34,184 nt of DNA, taken from the IMG/VR virus record IMGVR_UViG_3300031861_000009, positions 1 through 34,184 of that record, one strand, 5' to 3'. Under the pieces are notes generated by a model, which was not told the origin of the DNA, did no database searches, and saw nothing but the letters and a program-made list of their open reading frames with translations. Position 1 is the first letter of the stretch, and every line of letters begins with the position of its first letter. The position numbers and the translations under genes were made by a program. Source of the stretch: a virus (taxonomy: Duplodnaviria > Caudoviricetes). Shown here piece by piece: positions 1-8,643 of this stretch.

Positions 1-127
1 TGCAAGCTGGATGGTTCGCCGTCACCTTGACTATGTTTCTCAATTCAACTTCAAGGCACGTACTGGTTCAAAAGAATTAGACGATCAGATTGAAACACTG
101 ATGGCCGAAGATTCTGTGCGGCAGAGA
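1..127. repeat. 127-bp terminal direct repeat, copy 1 (circular assembly overlap)
   Basis: Bases 1-127 are identical to 34058-34184; 127 is a common assembler k-mer size and the repeat falls inside the portal ORF. Confidence 0.95.
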
Positions 128-1261
128 TTCGATATAGCTGGAAAGTTTAGCCGCGAGAAAATGTTTCGCCTAGCAGAAATGAGACGAGTATTGGATGGCG
201 ATACTTGCTTGATCAAGATGCAAGACGGACGACTACAAGGATTGCAAGCTGATCTGTTGAAGAATCCACCAGAAGTAAATGAAAAGGCTACTTGGATTTC
301 AGGGGTGCAAGTATCGCAATATGGTCGAGCAATGCGATATGGAATATACACCAGAGATGGATTGACAGGAACTAACTTTGTTCGATCTGTTCAATCAAAG
401 AATGTGATTCACTATGGATTCTTTGACCGTTATGCTCAGGATCAAGTACGAGGCATCTCACCTCTTGTAGCTGGACTCAACCCATTGCGTGATGTGTATG
501 AAAACTTCAACTACGCTTTACTGAAAGCAAAAGTAAGTCAACTGTTCGCATTGGCATTCTATCGTGACGCTGAGGAAGCACCTCTGGCGATTGACGATCA
601 TCGAGATGGTAGCGGACCAGCAGACGATGACTACGATCACGTTCAAGCACCAAGAGGTTTTGAAGCATTCGTAAAGTCCGATACAAGATACGTGGATATG
701 GATGCAGGCGAGAAGGTTGAAGTCATAGAATCAAAGACACCATCAGGTGAGTTTCAAAACTTTACTCAGCTTGTAATTCAGGTTGCTATTAAGTGCCTTG
801 ATATTCCCTATTCATTCTACGATGAGAGTCACACAAACTTCTTTGGCTCAAGGGCAGCTTGGCTTCACTATGAGCGATCATGTAAAGACAAACGTGACGA
901 CCAGATTGAAATGAGGAACGATTACACTATTTGGAAAATGAGGCAGTGGCTCTTGAAAGAGCGATTGCAAATTCCAAATGGAATGTCTATCGCAGACTTG
1001 AAGTTTGATTGGATACCTCGCGGGATGCCTTGGTGGGATCCAAGCAAAGAAATCAAGGGAGCAGTCGAATCAATCAAAAGCGGATTAGATACACCGCAAC
1101 GAATTTGCCGAGCTACTGGAACAGACTACTTCGACAACATTGATGAGATTGCCAAAGCAGCAGAGTATGCGGAACAGAAGGGTGTTGTTCCAGCGTGGGC
1201 AGCAACAGACGATACCGAGTTACTAATTGAGAATGAAGATGACGACAACACATCTACATAA
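11..1261 (+). CDS. Lambda-family portal protein, C-terminal part (true start at 33873, across the join; ~481 aa)
   Basis: Frame is continuous from ATG 33873 through the overlap; motifs QVRGISPL, TNFFGSRAAW and MPWWDPSKE are typical of lambda gpB-like portals; follows terminase and gpW. Confidence 0.9.
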   Translation: MVRRHLDYVSQFNFKARTGSKELDDQIETLMAEDSVRQRFDIAGKFSREKMFRLAEMRRVLDGDTCLIKMQDGRLQGLQADLLKNPPEVNEKATWISGVQVSQYGRAMRYGIYTRDGLTGTNFVRSVQSKNVIHYGFFDRYAQDQVRGISPLVAGLNPLRDVYENFNYALLKAKVSQLFALAFYRDAEEAPLAIDDHRDGSGPADDDYDHVQAPRGFEAFVKSDTRYVDMDAGEKVEVIESKTPSGEFQNFTQLVIQVAIKCLDIPYSFYDESHTNFFGSRAAWLHYERSCKDKRDDQIEMRNDYTIWKMRQWLLKERLQIPNGMSIADLKFDWIPRGMPWWDPSKEIKGAVESIKSGLDTPQRICRATGTDYFDNIDEIAKAAEYAEQKGVVPAWAATDDTELLIENEDDDNTST

Positions 1262-2369
1262 AGTATCAACTGAAATACAACCCAAAAATGTCAGGCTTGA
1301 AAGAGCAGATATTTCAGAAGGTGTTCGTCCAAACATCTCAATGAATCAGGGTGATTATTCATCAGGTGTTATCCACAACGTAGCTGTCATCAGTGGTGGC
1401 GAGGCACTAGGGCATGGAATGTGGATTGATAGTGAAACACTAGATCAGGTTAATGAGGCTGGTCAGGCTGCTGATACTGGCATCAAGGCACGATTCACTC
1501 ATCCCGGTATGTCATCGGATGGACTTGGCCGGGCTCTTGGTCGAGTCAAGAATATGAAACGATGGGGTGACAAGGTTGTTGGTGATTTGCATTTCTTTGA
1601 ATCTGCACACAAAACACCAGAAGGTGATCTTGCAGAATATGTGATGTTGCTAACTACCGAAGATCCTTCTGCTGCTGGTCTTTCAATAGTGTTTGAGGCT
1701 GACGAGCAATTGCAGGATGAGTTCATTTTCGAGAATAGTGTGAATGGAGAGTTTACATCACCTGATGCAATGAATATCAATTCATATCCACATGCACGAA
1801 TTGGAAAATTACGTGCAGCAGATGTCGTGGATGAGCCTGCTGCCAACCCAGAAGGTATGTTCCACAGAAATGAATTACCATCAGAAGCATTCGCATTCAT
1901 GGACTACGCATCAAGCGAGTCTGAAAACAAACCACAGTCTCTGTTTGGTATTGATCCAGATAGGGCAAGGTCGTTTTTCCAGCGTTGGTTAAACGAAAAC
2001 AAACTTGAATTATTGAACACGTCAACGGAGTCAATTATGGACGCTGCTAATACCGAGTTGCCTTCGGTTACTGCGAGAGAAGAACTACTTGCCGACCACG
2101 CCAAGTTTACAGAAGAGTTCGGTGTTGAGAATGGCACCTCTTGGTTTCAAGAGGGAATCACACTCGAAGTGGGGTATGAACGATATTGCGAAGAATTGAA
2201 AGCAGATAACAAACATCTCAACGAAATGATTGTTGAATTGCAAAAGAAACTATCGCAAGTGCAGATTGGTGAAACTGATCCTATTGCAACAGCAGATGAA
2301 ACGGAAACCTCAGAGACTCCAAAAACATTTGCATCTATGTTTAACATTCGTGGATCAGAGAACAACTAA
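1233..2369 (+). CDS. Prohead maturation protease / scaffold fusion
   Basis: Lies between portal and capsid; N-terminal domain has ARFTHPG, GLSIVF and ADVVDEPAANP; C-terminal acidic coiled coil. Start ATG 1233 or 1239. Confidence 0.7.
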   Translation: MKMTTTHLHKVSTEIQPKNVRLERADISEGVRPNISMNQGDYSSGVIHNVAVISGGEALGHGMWIDSETLDQVNEAGQAADTGIKARFTHPGMSSDGLGRALGRVKNMKRWGDKVVGDLHFFESAHKTPEGDLAEYVMLLTTEDPSAAGLSIVFEADEQLQDEFIFENSVNGEFTSPDAMNINSYPHARIGKLRAADVVDEPAANPEGMFHRNELPSEAFAFMDYASSESENKPQSLFGIDPDRARSFFQRWLNENKLELLNTSTESIMDAANTELPSVTAREELLADHAKFTEEFGVENGTSWFQEGITLEVGYERYCEELKADNKHLNEMIVELQKKLSQVQIGETDPIATADETETSETPKTFASMFNIRGSENN

Positions 2370-2428
2370 CGAACTCGATTCAATTACTTACCCCTTGAAA
2401 CTTTGCTACGCTCGCAGGAAACATTATC

Positions 2429-3364
2429 ATGGCTCAAAACCCAGCACCACTGTCACAACTAATTACGATCAACGATCAAAACGTATCAGACGTTGACGGC
2501 ATTTCTGATCTACTTCAAGATGCTCCGTTGTTGAACGCACTTATGTCTGACTACGCATCCAATGGCACTCAGCATAAATACCTCAAAGAAACTGCCGCAC
2601 CTGTTGTTGGTTTCCGGTCGATCAACGATGGACGCGATCAAGGTCACTCAACTGATACGAAGGTTTCGATTGATCTTGCATTGCTTGACTGCTCGTTCCA
2701 CGTTGATCAGATGTACGCTGATGAATACCGATACGGTGCAGAGGCTTGGCTTGCAAGAGAATCTCAGCGAGCATTGCAAGCAGGTTTCTTCAAAGCTGAA
2801 CAACAGTTGATCTACGGTACTACCTCAGATTCAGATGGATTCGACGGCTTGACGGATGCTTCCACTATTAATGGTGCGGCTGATCCGATGGTTGTTGATG
2901 CAGGAGGATCAACAGCGTTGTCGAGTGTTTTCCTCATCCGTAGTGTTTCGGCACTGACTGATGTTACGTTGATCACTGGAAACGATGGCGACATTGGCAT
3001 CGGTGACACATATCAACAAATGATGGATGGATCATCGACTGGTATCTTCAACGCATATGTGACGCCTGTTAGTGCATACCTCGGTTTGCAAATTGGGTCG
3101 ATCTATTCGATTGGACGCATCTGTAACATTGATGCAGGAAGCAACTCGTTGACCGATGATCTGATCAGTAGTGCGATTGCTAACTTCCCCGCAGCACGAC
3201 CACCAACTCAGTTGGTCATGAATCGCAGAAGTCTACAGCAGTTACAGGCAAGCCGAACGGCAACGAACCCAACGGGGGCACCTGCCCCATTCCCACAGAG
3301 TTCGATGAATATCCCGATCGTCACATCCGATGCTGTACTGAATACAGAAACAGCAGTTGTCTAA
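2429..3364 (+). CDS. Major capsid protein (HK97 fold)
   Basis: 311 aa after the protease; AGGA RBS; VGFRSINDG, FDGL, LVMNRRS and IPIVTSDAV motifs typical of phage MCPs. Confidence 0.8.
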   Translation: MAQNPAPLSQLITINDQNVSDVDGISDLLQDAPLLNALMSDYASNGTQHKYLKETAAPVVGFRSINDGRDQGHSTDTKVSIDLALLDCSFHVDQMYADEYRYGAEAWLARESQRALQAGFFKAEQQLIYGTTSDSDGFDGLTDASTINGAADPMVVDAGGSTALSSVFLIRSVSALTDVTLITGNDGDIGIGDTYQQMMDGSSTGIFNAYVTPVSAYLGLQIGSIYSIGRICNIDAGSNSLTDDLISSAIANFPAARPPTQLVMNRRSLQQLQASRTATNPTGAPAPFPQSSMNIPIVTSDAVLNTETAVV

Positions 3365-3729
3365 TGGGTATGTTCATCGCAGGACTACAGCAACACAATG
3401 AACGGCTCTTCCAAAGTGCCGGTACTGATATTGCGTACTTGCGTGGAAACATACAGATAGATTTGCAAGCTGTTCTCGGTTCAACTAATTGGCAGGATGA
3501 TAATCAGGATGACACGTATTCAAGCATGAAGTCGATTGACTTCATTGTTCAACCTGACAAACTGAATATCGCAGGATCATTAGTTGAGCCGAGCCGTGGA
3601 GATGCTATCCGCTACAACGGATACATTTACGATCTGCTGCAAACCAGTAACGGTACGTTCTGGTCGTGGTCAGATGGGTTTCGAACATTCTACCGATTGC
3701 ATACGAGTAGATCATATGTCACGAGCTAG
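3364..3729 (+). CDS. Head-tail joining/closure protein
   Basis: 121 aa, beta-rich, EPSRGDAI motif like gpFII/stopper proteins; directly after the MCP. Confidence 0.6.
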   Translation: MGMFIAGLQQHNERLFQSAGTDIAYLRGNIQIDLQAVLGSTNWQDDNQDDTYSSMKSIDFIVQPDKLNIAGSLVEPSRGDAIRYNGYIYDLLQTSNGTFWSWSDGFRTFYRLHTSRSYVTS

Positions 3730-4195
3730 CACCCTACGCGATGCTGTGGCACAAGTTATCTCGAATGCGTTACCAACAGTAATCGTTCAGACGTGTGTTG
3801 TTGCTAACTATCGTCCAGAAGATTTGGACCAACCGATAGTCGCTGTTCAAATCGACCAGCGAACAATCACAGTTGATATGGGACCGTCAAGCAGATTGCT
3901 TGACATACAGGTTTCGATACTTGGTAGGTCGCCAAGCCAAACCGGGTATCCTACCGATGCAAAATCTGCATACAGAGAGGCAGAGGTTGCAGCATGTGAT
4001 ATTTACGATCAGCTTGCAGAAGATGTTATCGGACTATGGACACCAGCAACACCACTATCTCAAAGTGTGTTAGCTGAACACAGACTGACATCATTGACGC
4101 AAGAAGTTTCGTTTGATGTTCCATCATATTATGAAAACGGAATTTGGTTCACTACTATCCGCTTACAGTTTTACGACTATCACGATGAGGATTAA
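3716..4195 (+). CDS. Putative tail terminator/completion protein
   Basis: Likely start ATG 3716 (MSRASTLRDAV); lies just before the tail tube gene. Confidence 0.5.
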   Translation: MSRASTLRDAVAQVISNALPTVIVQTCVVANYRPEDLDQPIVAVQIDQRTITVDMGPSSRLLDIQVSILGRSPSQTGYPTDAKSAYREAEVAACDIYDQLAEDVIGLWTPATPLSQSVLAEHRLTSLTQEVSFDVPSYYENGIWFTTIRLQFYDYHDED

Positions 4196-4197
4196 CT

Positions 4198-4695
4198 ATG
4201 CCTACTGATCTTTCCAGAGGTGCCTACTCAGGCAAGGAAACATTTTTCTACTACAACTCTGCAACGTATGCTTCACCGACATGGGTGGAAATACCTCGGT
4301 CGAGGAACATCAGTGTGAATGATGGTCCGGCGTTGGCTGATGTTGAATTTCATGGTAGTCAAAACACATCTCAGATACCGGGGTACTCGGCATTCAACGG
4401 ATCATTTGAATATGTACGCAGGCGAACCACATCTGGTGCTGCCGATACTGTCTATGACTTTCTGAAGGACGCATCAGAGGATGGTGACATCCTTGATATG
4501 GTACATCTCAACGGAACTATCTTGTCAGGTGATTCGATCGGTTGGAGAGCACCTATCATTCTTGGGCAGTTTGCAGAAACAGCAAACGGCGGTGATCCTG
4601 TAGTGTCTAGCATTCCAATGTCACTTGCAGATGCTTATGATTCAGCTAATGTCCAAGTGAACAAGGTTGCATTCACAGGAACTACACCACCGTAA
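4198..4695 (+). CDS. Major tail tube protein
   Basis: 165 aa; YNSATYASPTWVEI N-terminus and beta-rich body; GAGGA RBS; synteny. Confidence 0.7.
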   Translation: MPTDLSRGAYSGKETFFYYNSATYASPTWVEIPRSRNISVNDGPALADVEFHGSQNTSQIPGYSAFNGSFEYVRRRTTSGAADTVYDFLKDASEDGDILDMVHLNGTILSGDSIGWRAPIILGQFAETANGGDPVVSSIPMSLADAYDSANVQVNKVAFTGTTPP

Positions 4696-4715
4696 TAACT
4701 AACAGGGGTTGATCA

Positions 4716-5162
4716 ATGCCGCACAAATTCGCGGACAAGCACGGCAATGAATACACTATCGAGATGACTCTTGGTAGCACACGGTTTGTTAGATCGAAAT
4801 TCAATATTGATTTATTGAATGAAGAAGATTGGACAAGGTTACTTGGTAGTTTGCTCGACCGGGTAACGTATGTCTGGTGGCTAGTCAAAGATCAAGCAAC
4901 AGAATACGGATTGGACATAGACAAATTCGATGCTGCCCTAATGGGTGAAGGATTGGCAGACTCAGTGTCAGATGCGTTCTGTGAGGAACTGTCTGTTTTT
5001 TACGCGGACCTAAGCCAGATCAAGCTACAGAAATTGACGCAAGCGTTTCTGAGCGGGACTCGGGTCGAGAGACAGAAGTTTGCGACCCCAGAGTTCGAGC
5101 AGCTATTGCAGCGGACTCTCAGTGGTGTGCAATCTTCCACGCAGCAAGTATCCTCGGAATAG
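4716..5162 (+). CDS. Tail assembly chaperone (G-like)
   Basis: Between tail tube and tape measure; FADKHGNEYTIEMT N-terminus. Confidence 0.65.
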   Translation: MPHKFADKHGNEYTIEMTLGSTRFVRSKFNIDLLNEEDWTRLLGSLLDRVTYVWWLVKDQATEYGLDIDKFDAALMGEGLADSVSDAFCEELSVFYADLSQIKLQKLTQAFLSGTRVERQKFATPEFEQLLQRTLSGVQSSTQQVSSE

Positions 5163-5167
5163 ATTGG

Positions 5168-5461
5168 ATGCCTCTCACGTTTCACGAACTGACAACAGTT
5201 TGTCTTAGTCGTAGGGTTGAGCAGTGGGATCATACGTCTGTTTTGTCAGCACACTTTCTATCCTGTTTCGTTAAGAAACCGCCACAACCATCTCAGTTGA
5301 ATCCATATCGAATTGATGAACCAGACTTCGATGACCCTGAGGAAGAATACAGAAAGTTGAAACGAAATGAATCCCGCAATGGCAAAGCTGGCGAAGTCAG
5401 TAACAACAGAAGTATCACGGATCAGATGGGAACAGCAGAAGTTGAAGCGTGCGACCCATAG
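5168..5461 (+). CDS. Tail assembly chaperone T-like segment (possibly reached by -1 frameshift)
   Basis: In the -1 frame relative to 4716..5162; that frame is open from 4985; no clear RBS. Confidence 0.5.
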   Translation: MPLTFHELTTVCLSRRVEQWDHTSVLSAHFLSCFVKKPPQPSQLNPYRIDEPDFDDPEEEYRKLKRNESRNGKAGEVSNNRSITDQMGTAEVEACDP

Positions 5462-5924
5462 GTACGCGGCTCGGTCTGTTCGTGATTCTCTCAGGTTTAT
5501 TGCAAAACGGGCCGCAACAAAAGAATTGAAACGAAAGAAGGAACCATCAAAACCGGGCAAGCCGCCACACGTTCACACTCGCAAAGCATTATCGACGATC
5601 AAGTTTGAATATAATTACAACGACCTAACGGGAGTTGTTGGCCCTGTCATCCAAAGACGCACTGGTAACAACACACGAAACCAAACTACGGTTCCTGCTA
5701 CGCTTGAACATGGTGGATCGTACACGATTCAAGAACACTGGCTTCAATTCGGACAAAGCAAAGAGGGAAGGTGGATTAGAACAAAGAGAACTAGGCCGGA
5801 GAAGGCAACAAAGAAACGTAAACGAAGAATTACAATCGCAGCACGACCGTTTATGAAACCTGCATTGATGTTTGAATTAAAAGCAGGAAACCTGAACGAA
5901 GCATTCAAAGATTCTTGGAGTTGA
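5367..5924 (+). CDS. Basic neck/tail-completion protein (HK97 gp10-like)
   Basis: PSKPGKPPHVH, LEHGG and IAARPFMKPA motifs; RPFM.PA is the hallmark of this family. Confidence 0.7.
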   Translation: MNPAMAKLAKSVTTEVSRIRWEQQKLKRATHRYAARSVRDSLRFIAKRAATKELKRKKEPSKPGKPPHVHTRKALSTIKFEYNYNDLTGVVGPVIQRRTGNNTRNQTTVPATLEHGGSYTIQEHWLQFGQSKEGRWIRTKRTRPEKATKKRKRRITIAARPFMKPALMFELKAGNLNEAFKDSWS

Positions 5925-5928
5925 GAAT

Positions 5929-7743
5929 ATGGCAAAGGCAGTCGAAGCAGGCAAGGCATATGTTTCACTCGGACTGAAACCCAATATGAAGAAGGGGTTG
6001 CAGGCTGCTGGTAAACAAATGAAAGCGATGGGCAAGTCATTGGCTGTCGGAGGTGCTGCTATTGGTGCTGCCGGTGCTGCTGTACTGTTGCCACTTTTGA
6101 GAGCAACATCAGACTTCGCAAAGATGGGTGATGAGATACACAAGATGTCTGCACGAACTGGTGTAGCCAAATCAACATTATCTGAACTGGCGTTTGCAGC
6201 AGAGCAAAGCGGTGCAGGTGTCAATGATGTTGAAAAGTCGTTCAAGGGTTTGTCGTCTGCAATCTATGACGCTGCCCAAGGATCAAAGATGCCGGCAGAT
6301 GCCTTTGAACAAATTGGAGTGTCGTTCACGGATTTGGCGAAGCTATCACCCGAAGAACAATTCATGAAAGTAGCCGAGGCACTATCAGGTGTTGAGGATA
6401 TGTCTTTGCGTGGTGCGATTGCACAGAAGGTATTTGGCAGGACTGGACGATTGATGCTGCCCATGTTGGAGGATGGTGCAGCAGGTATCAATAAACTTCG
6501 TCAGGAAGCACGCGATCTTGGAAGGGGTATGTCAGGTGAAGATGCAGATGCAGCGGCAGCATACACAGATGCGATGAATCGTGTAGCTAGTGTATGGAAG
6601 GGAATCAAACAACAAGTCGGTGCTGCTCTTGCACCAGCATTGGCCGAAATCGCAACTAAGTTTGCACACATGGCAAAGCATATTGTATCGTTCATCAGAG
6701 AAAACAAAACGGTAATCAAGACAGTCGCGGCAGTAGCTATGGCGGTGATTGGTTTTGGTGCGGCGATTACTGCACTTGGTTTCACATTCATTGGTATAGG
6801 TGCAGCACTATCAGCGATGGCCGGTTTGCTAGGTTTCATTCTCAGCCCGCTTGGTGCAATCATTGTTACCTTGGCTGCGGTTGGTATCGCTGCTGAACAC
6901 TACTTTGGGTTCTTCTCAAAAGCAATTGATTATGTGATTGAAAGATTCGGACCGCTGGTGGATATGTGGGGTGACGCATTCACAGCCATCGTGGAAGCGA
7001 TGACGCAAGGTGATTTGGAAGGTGCGTGGGCGTTAGTAATGGATGGTCTGGAAGGGACGTTCTTGGACTTGACTTCAAGCATAGGTGCTTACTGGGATAC
7101 AGCAATGAACGTCCTTGTCGACGCTACTGCTGCCGCAGCAGAAGGCGTAGGGGCTATCATGAAACAGTTAGGTGAATGGTTGCAAAACATTTTGAAAGGT
7201 TACAAGGATTACTACAATGATGTTTACAACAGCGTGACTGAAATGATTGGTGAAATGTCAGGTGTTCGCACCATCGGTGGGCCTGTTGATGCGTTTGGAA
7301 GTACGGGCGGCGGCGATTTCATGGTTGCGGGTGCGAAATGGATGTCGAGTTTTGGTGAAGCGATGGAAGAGGGTGCAGAGGGATGGCGTCAAGACAATCA
7401 ACGTAACATTGAGGAACGAGAGAAGGCACGTAAAGCTAGACGAGATGAAATACGCAAGGACATGAGCGAGAAGGCACGAGCAGCAGAAGATGCCAAAGCC
7501 CAACGCAAAGCTGAAATGGACAAACTAAAGAGACATGATGATGCTTTGTTGGGTGAAGATGAAGTAGCATCCAAAGGACTAGCAGGAAGGGGTACATTTT
7601 CGATTGCCGCTGCTGAGGCAATGGCCGGTGGAACAAATAGTATTCAGCAGCAACAATTACAAGCTCAGAAGAAAACCGTAAAGAATACTGACATCATTGC
7701 AAAGAACACACTCAACATGAACAATGGCATGGTGTTCGCATAG
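5929..7743 (+). CDS. Tail tape measure protein
   Basis: 604 aa, Ala/Gly-rich helical; AVEAGKAYV start; LSPEEQFMKVA and VFGRTG..LPML motifs; hydrophobic middle segment. Confidence 0.9.
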   Translation: MAKAVEAGKAYVSLGLKPNMKKGLQAAGKQMKAMGKSLAVGGAAIGAAGAAVLLPLLRATSDFAKMGDEIHKMSARTGVAKSTLSELAFAAEQSGAGVNDVEKSFKGLSSAIYDAAQGSKMPADAFEQIGVSFTDLAKLSPEEQFMKVAEALSGVEDMSLRGAIAQKVFGRTGRLMLPMLEDGAAGINKLRQEARDLGRGMSGEDADAAAAYTDAMNRVASVWKGIKQQVGAALAPALAEIATKFAHMAKHIVSFIRENKTVIKTVAAVAMAVIGFGAAITALGFTFIGIGAALSAMAGLLGFILSPLGAIIVTLAAVGIAAEHYFGFFSKAIDYVIERFGPLVDMWGDAFTAIVEAMTQGDLEGAWALVMDGLEGTFLDLTSSIGAYWDTAMNVLVDATAAAAEGVGAIMKQLGEWLQNILKGYKDYYNDVYNSVTEMIGEMSGVRTIGGPVDAFGSTGGGDFMVAGAKWMSSFGEAMEEGAEGWRQDNQRNIEEREKARKARRDEIRKDMSEKARAAEDAKAQRKAEMDKLKRHDDALLGEDEVASKGLAGRGTFSIAAAEAMAGGTNSIQQQQLQAQKKTVKNTDIIAKNTLNMNNGMVFA

Positions 7744-7752
7744 GAATAGAAA

Positions 7753-8625
7753 ATGGCTGATATCATTTACGTTACAGTTTCGCCAACGGTGACCATTTCA
7801 ATTCGTGAAATGTCTGGACGTAGCGGCATGGACTCCGCTGACAACAATACGGCAATGCGTAGGTGGTTGGTGCGTGGTAGTTCAGATCCAATCGTTTGCC
7901 GTGCAGCGTTTGTTGGTGTTGCTGCAACGATAGGTTTGTATTCCTACGACAGTCTCGGTCTAAAGAATATGGATTGGGCGTTGTATGCCGAAGGTGGTCC
8001 TGATGCGTGGGAGTTCACCGCGAACTATGATTACACGCCAGAAGTTGGCGGTTGCACAATTTCAATTGACACAACAGGCGGAACAGTTAACACGCAGGCC
8101 GCATATTCACAAACAGATTACAATGCACCCGGTGAAGTTGCACCAGATTTTGGGACGTCAATCAATGTTGATGCAGACGGAAACCCAATGGGCGTTTCTA
8201 AGATAATCCCGTCAATGAAAATCTCGGTGAAAGCAAAGATTGCGGCAGCGTATGTGACAACTCCATGTGACTACGCACAAATTTTGTATGAATGCACCGG
8301 CAAGGTTAATGATGCTACGTTTTTGTGTTTTGATGCGGGAGAGGTTTTGTTCTTGGGTGCGACTGGTGATCTGGTTTCCGAGGATCCGGTTTTGAATTTC
8401 TCGTTTGAAATCAGTCCGAATGTAACTGCCTATAGCATCGGCGGTATCGGTGGGATTACCAAAGATGGTCACGATTATATTTGGTTCAGTTTCAAGCAAT
8501 CGCAGGACGCTGCTACGAATCTGAAAGTATCAACACCGCGTGCTGCATATGTTGCGAAAGTTTATGAGGAAGCGGATTTTGATAGTATGAAAATCTGTGA
8601 AGCACCACCAGCACCACCACCATAA
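7753..8625 (+). CDS. Distal tail / tail-tip protein
   Basis: Immediately after the TMP; AGGA RBS; GKVN..FLCFDAGEVLFLGA and ITKDGHDYIW. Confidence 0.6.
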   Translation: MADIIYVTVSPTVTISIREMSGRSGMDSADNNTAMRRWLVRGSSDPIVCRAAFVGVAATIGLYSYDSLGLKNMDWALYAEGGPDAWEFTANYDYTPEVGGCTISIDTTGGTVNTQAAYSQTDYNAPGEVAPDFGTSINVDADGNPMGVSKIIPSMKISVKAKIAAAYVTTPCDYAQILYECTGKVNDATFLCFDAGEVLFLGATGDLVSEDPVLNFSFEISPNVTAYSIGGIGGITKDGHDYIWFSFKQSQDAATNLKVSTPRAAYVAKVYEEADFDSMKICEAPPAPPP

Positions 8626-8643
8626 CGATTGCACCTGAAACCA

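Noticed and set aside
1-127. Biological direct terminal repeat
   Set aside because: Length equals a standard assembler k-mer and it splits the portal gene; most likely an assembly overlap.
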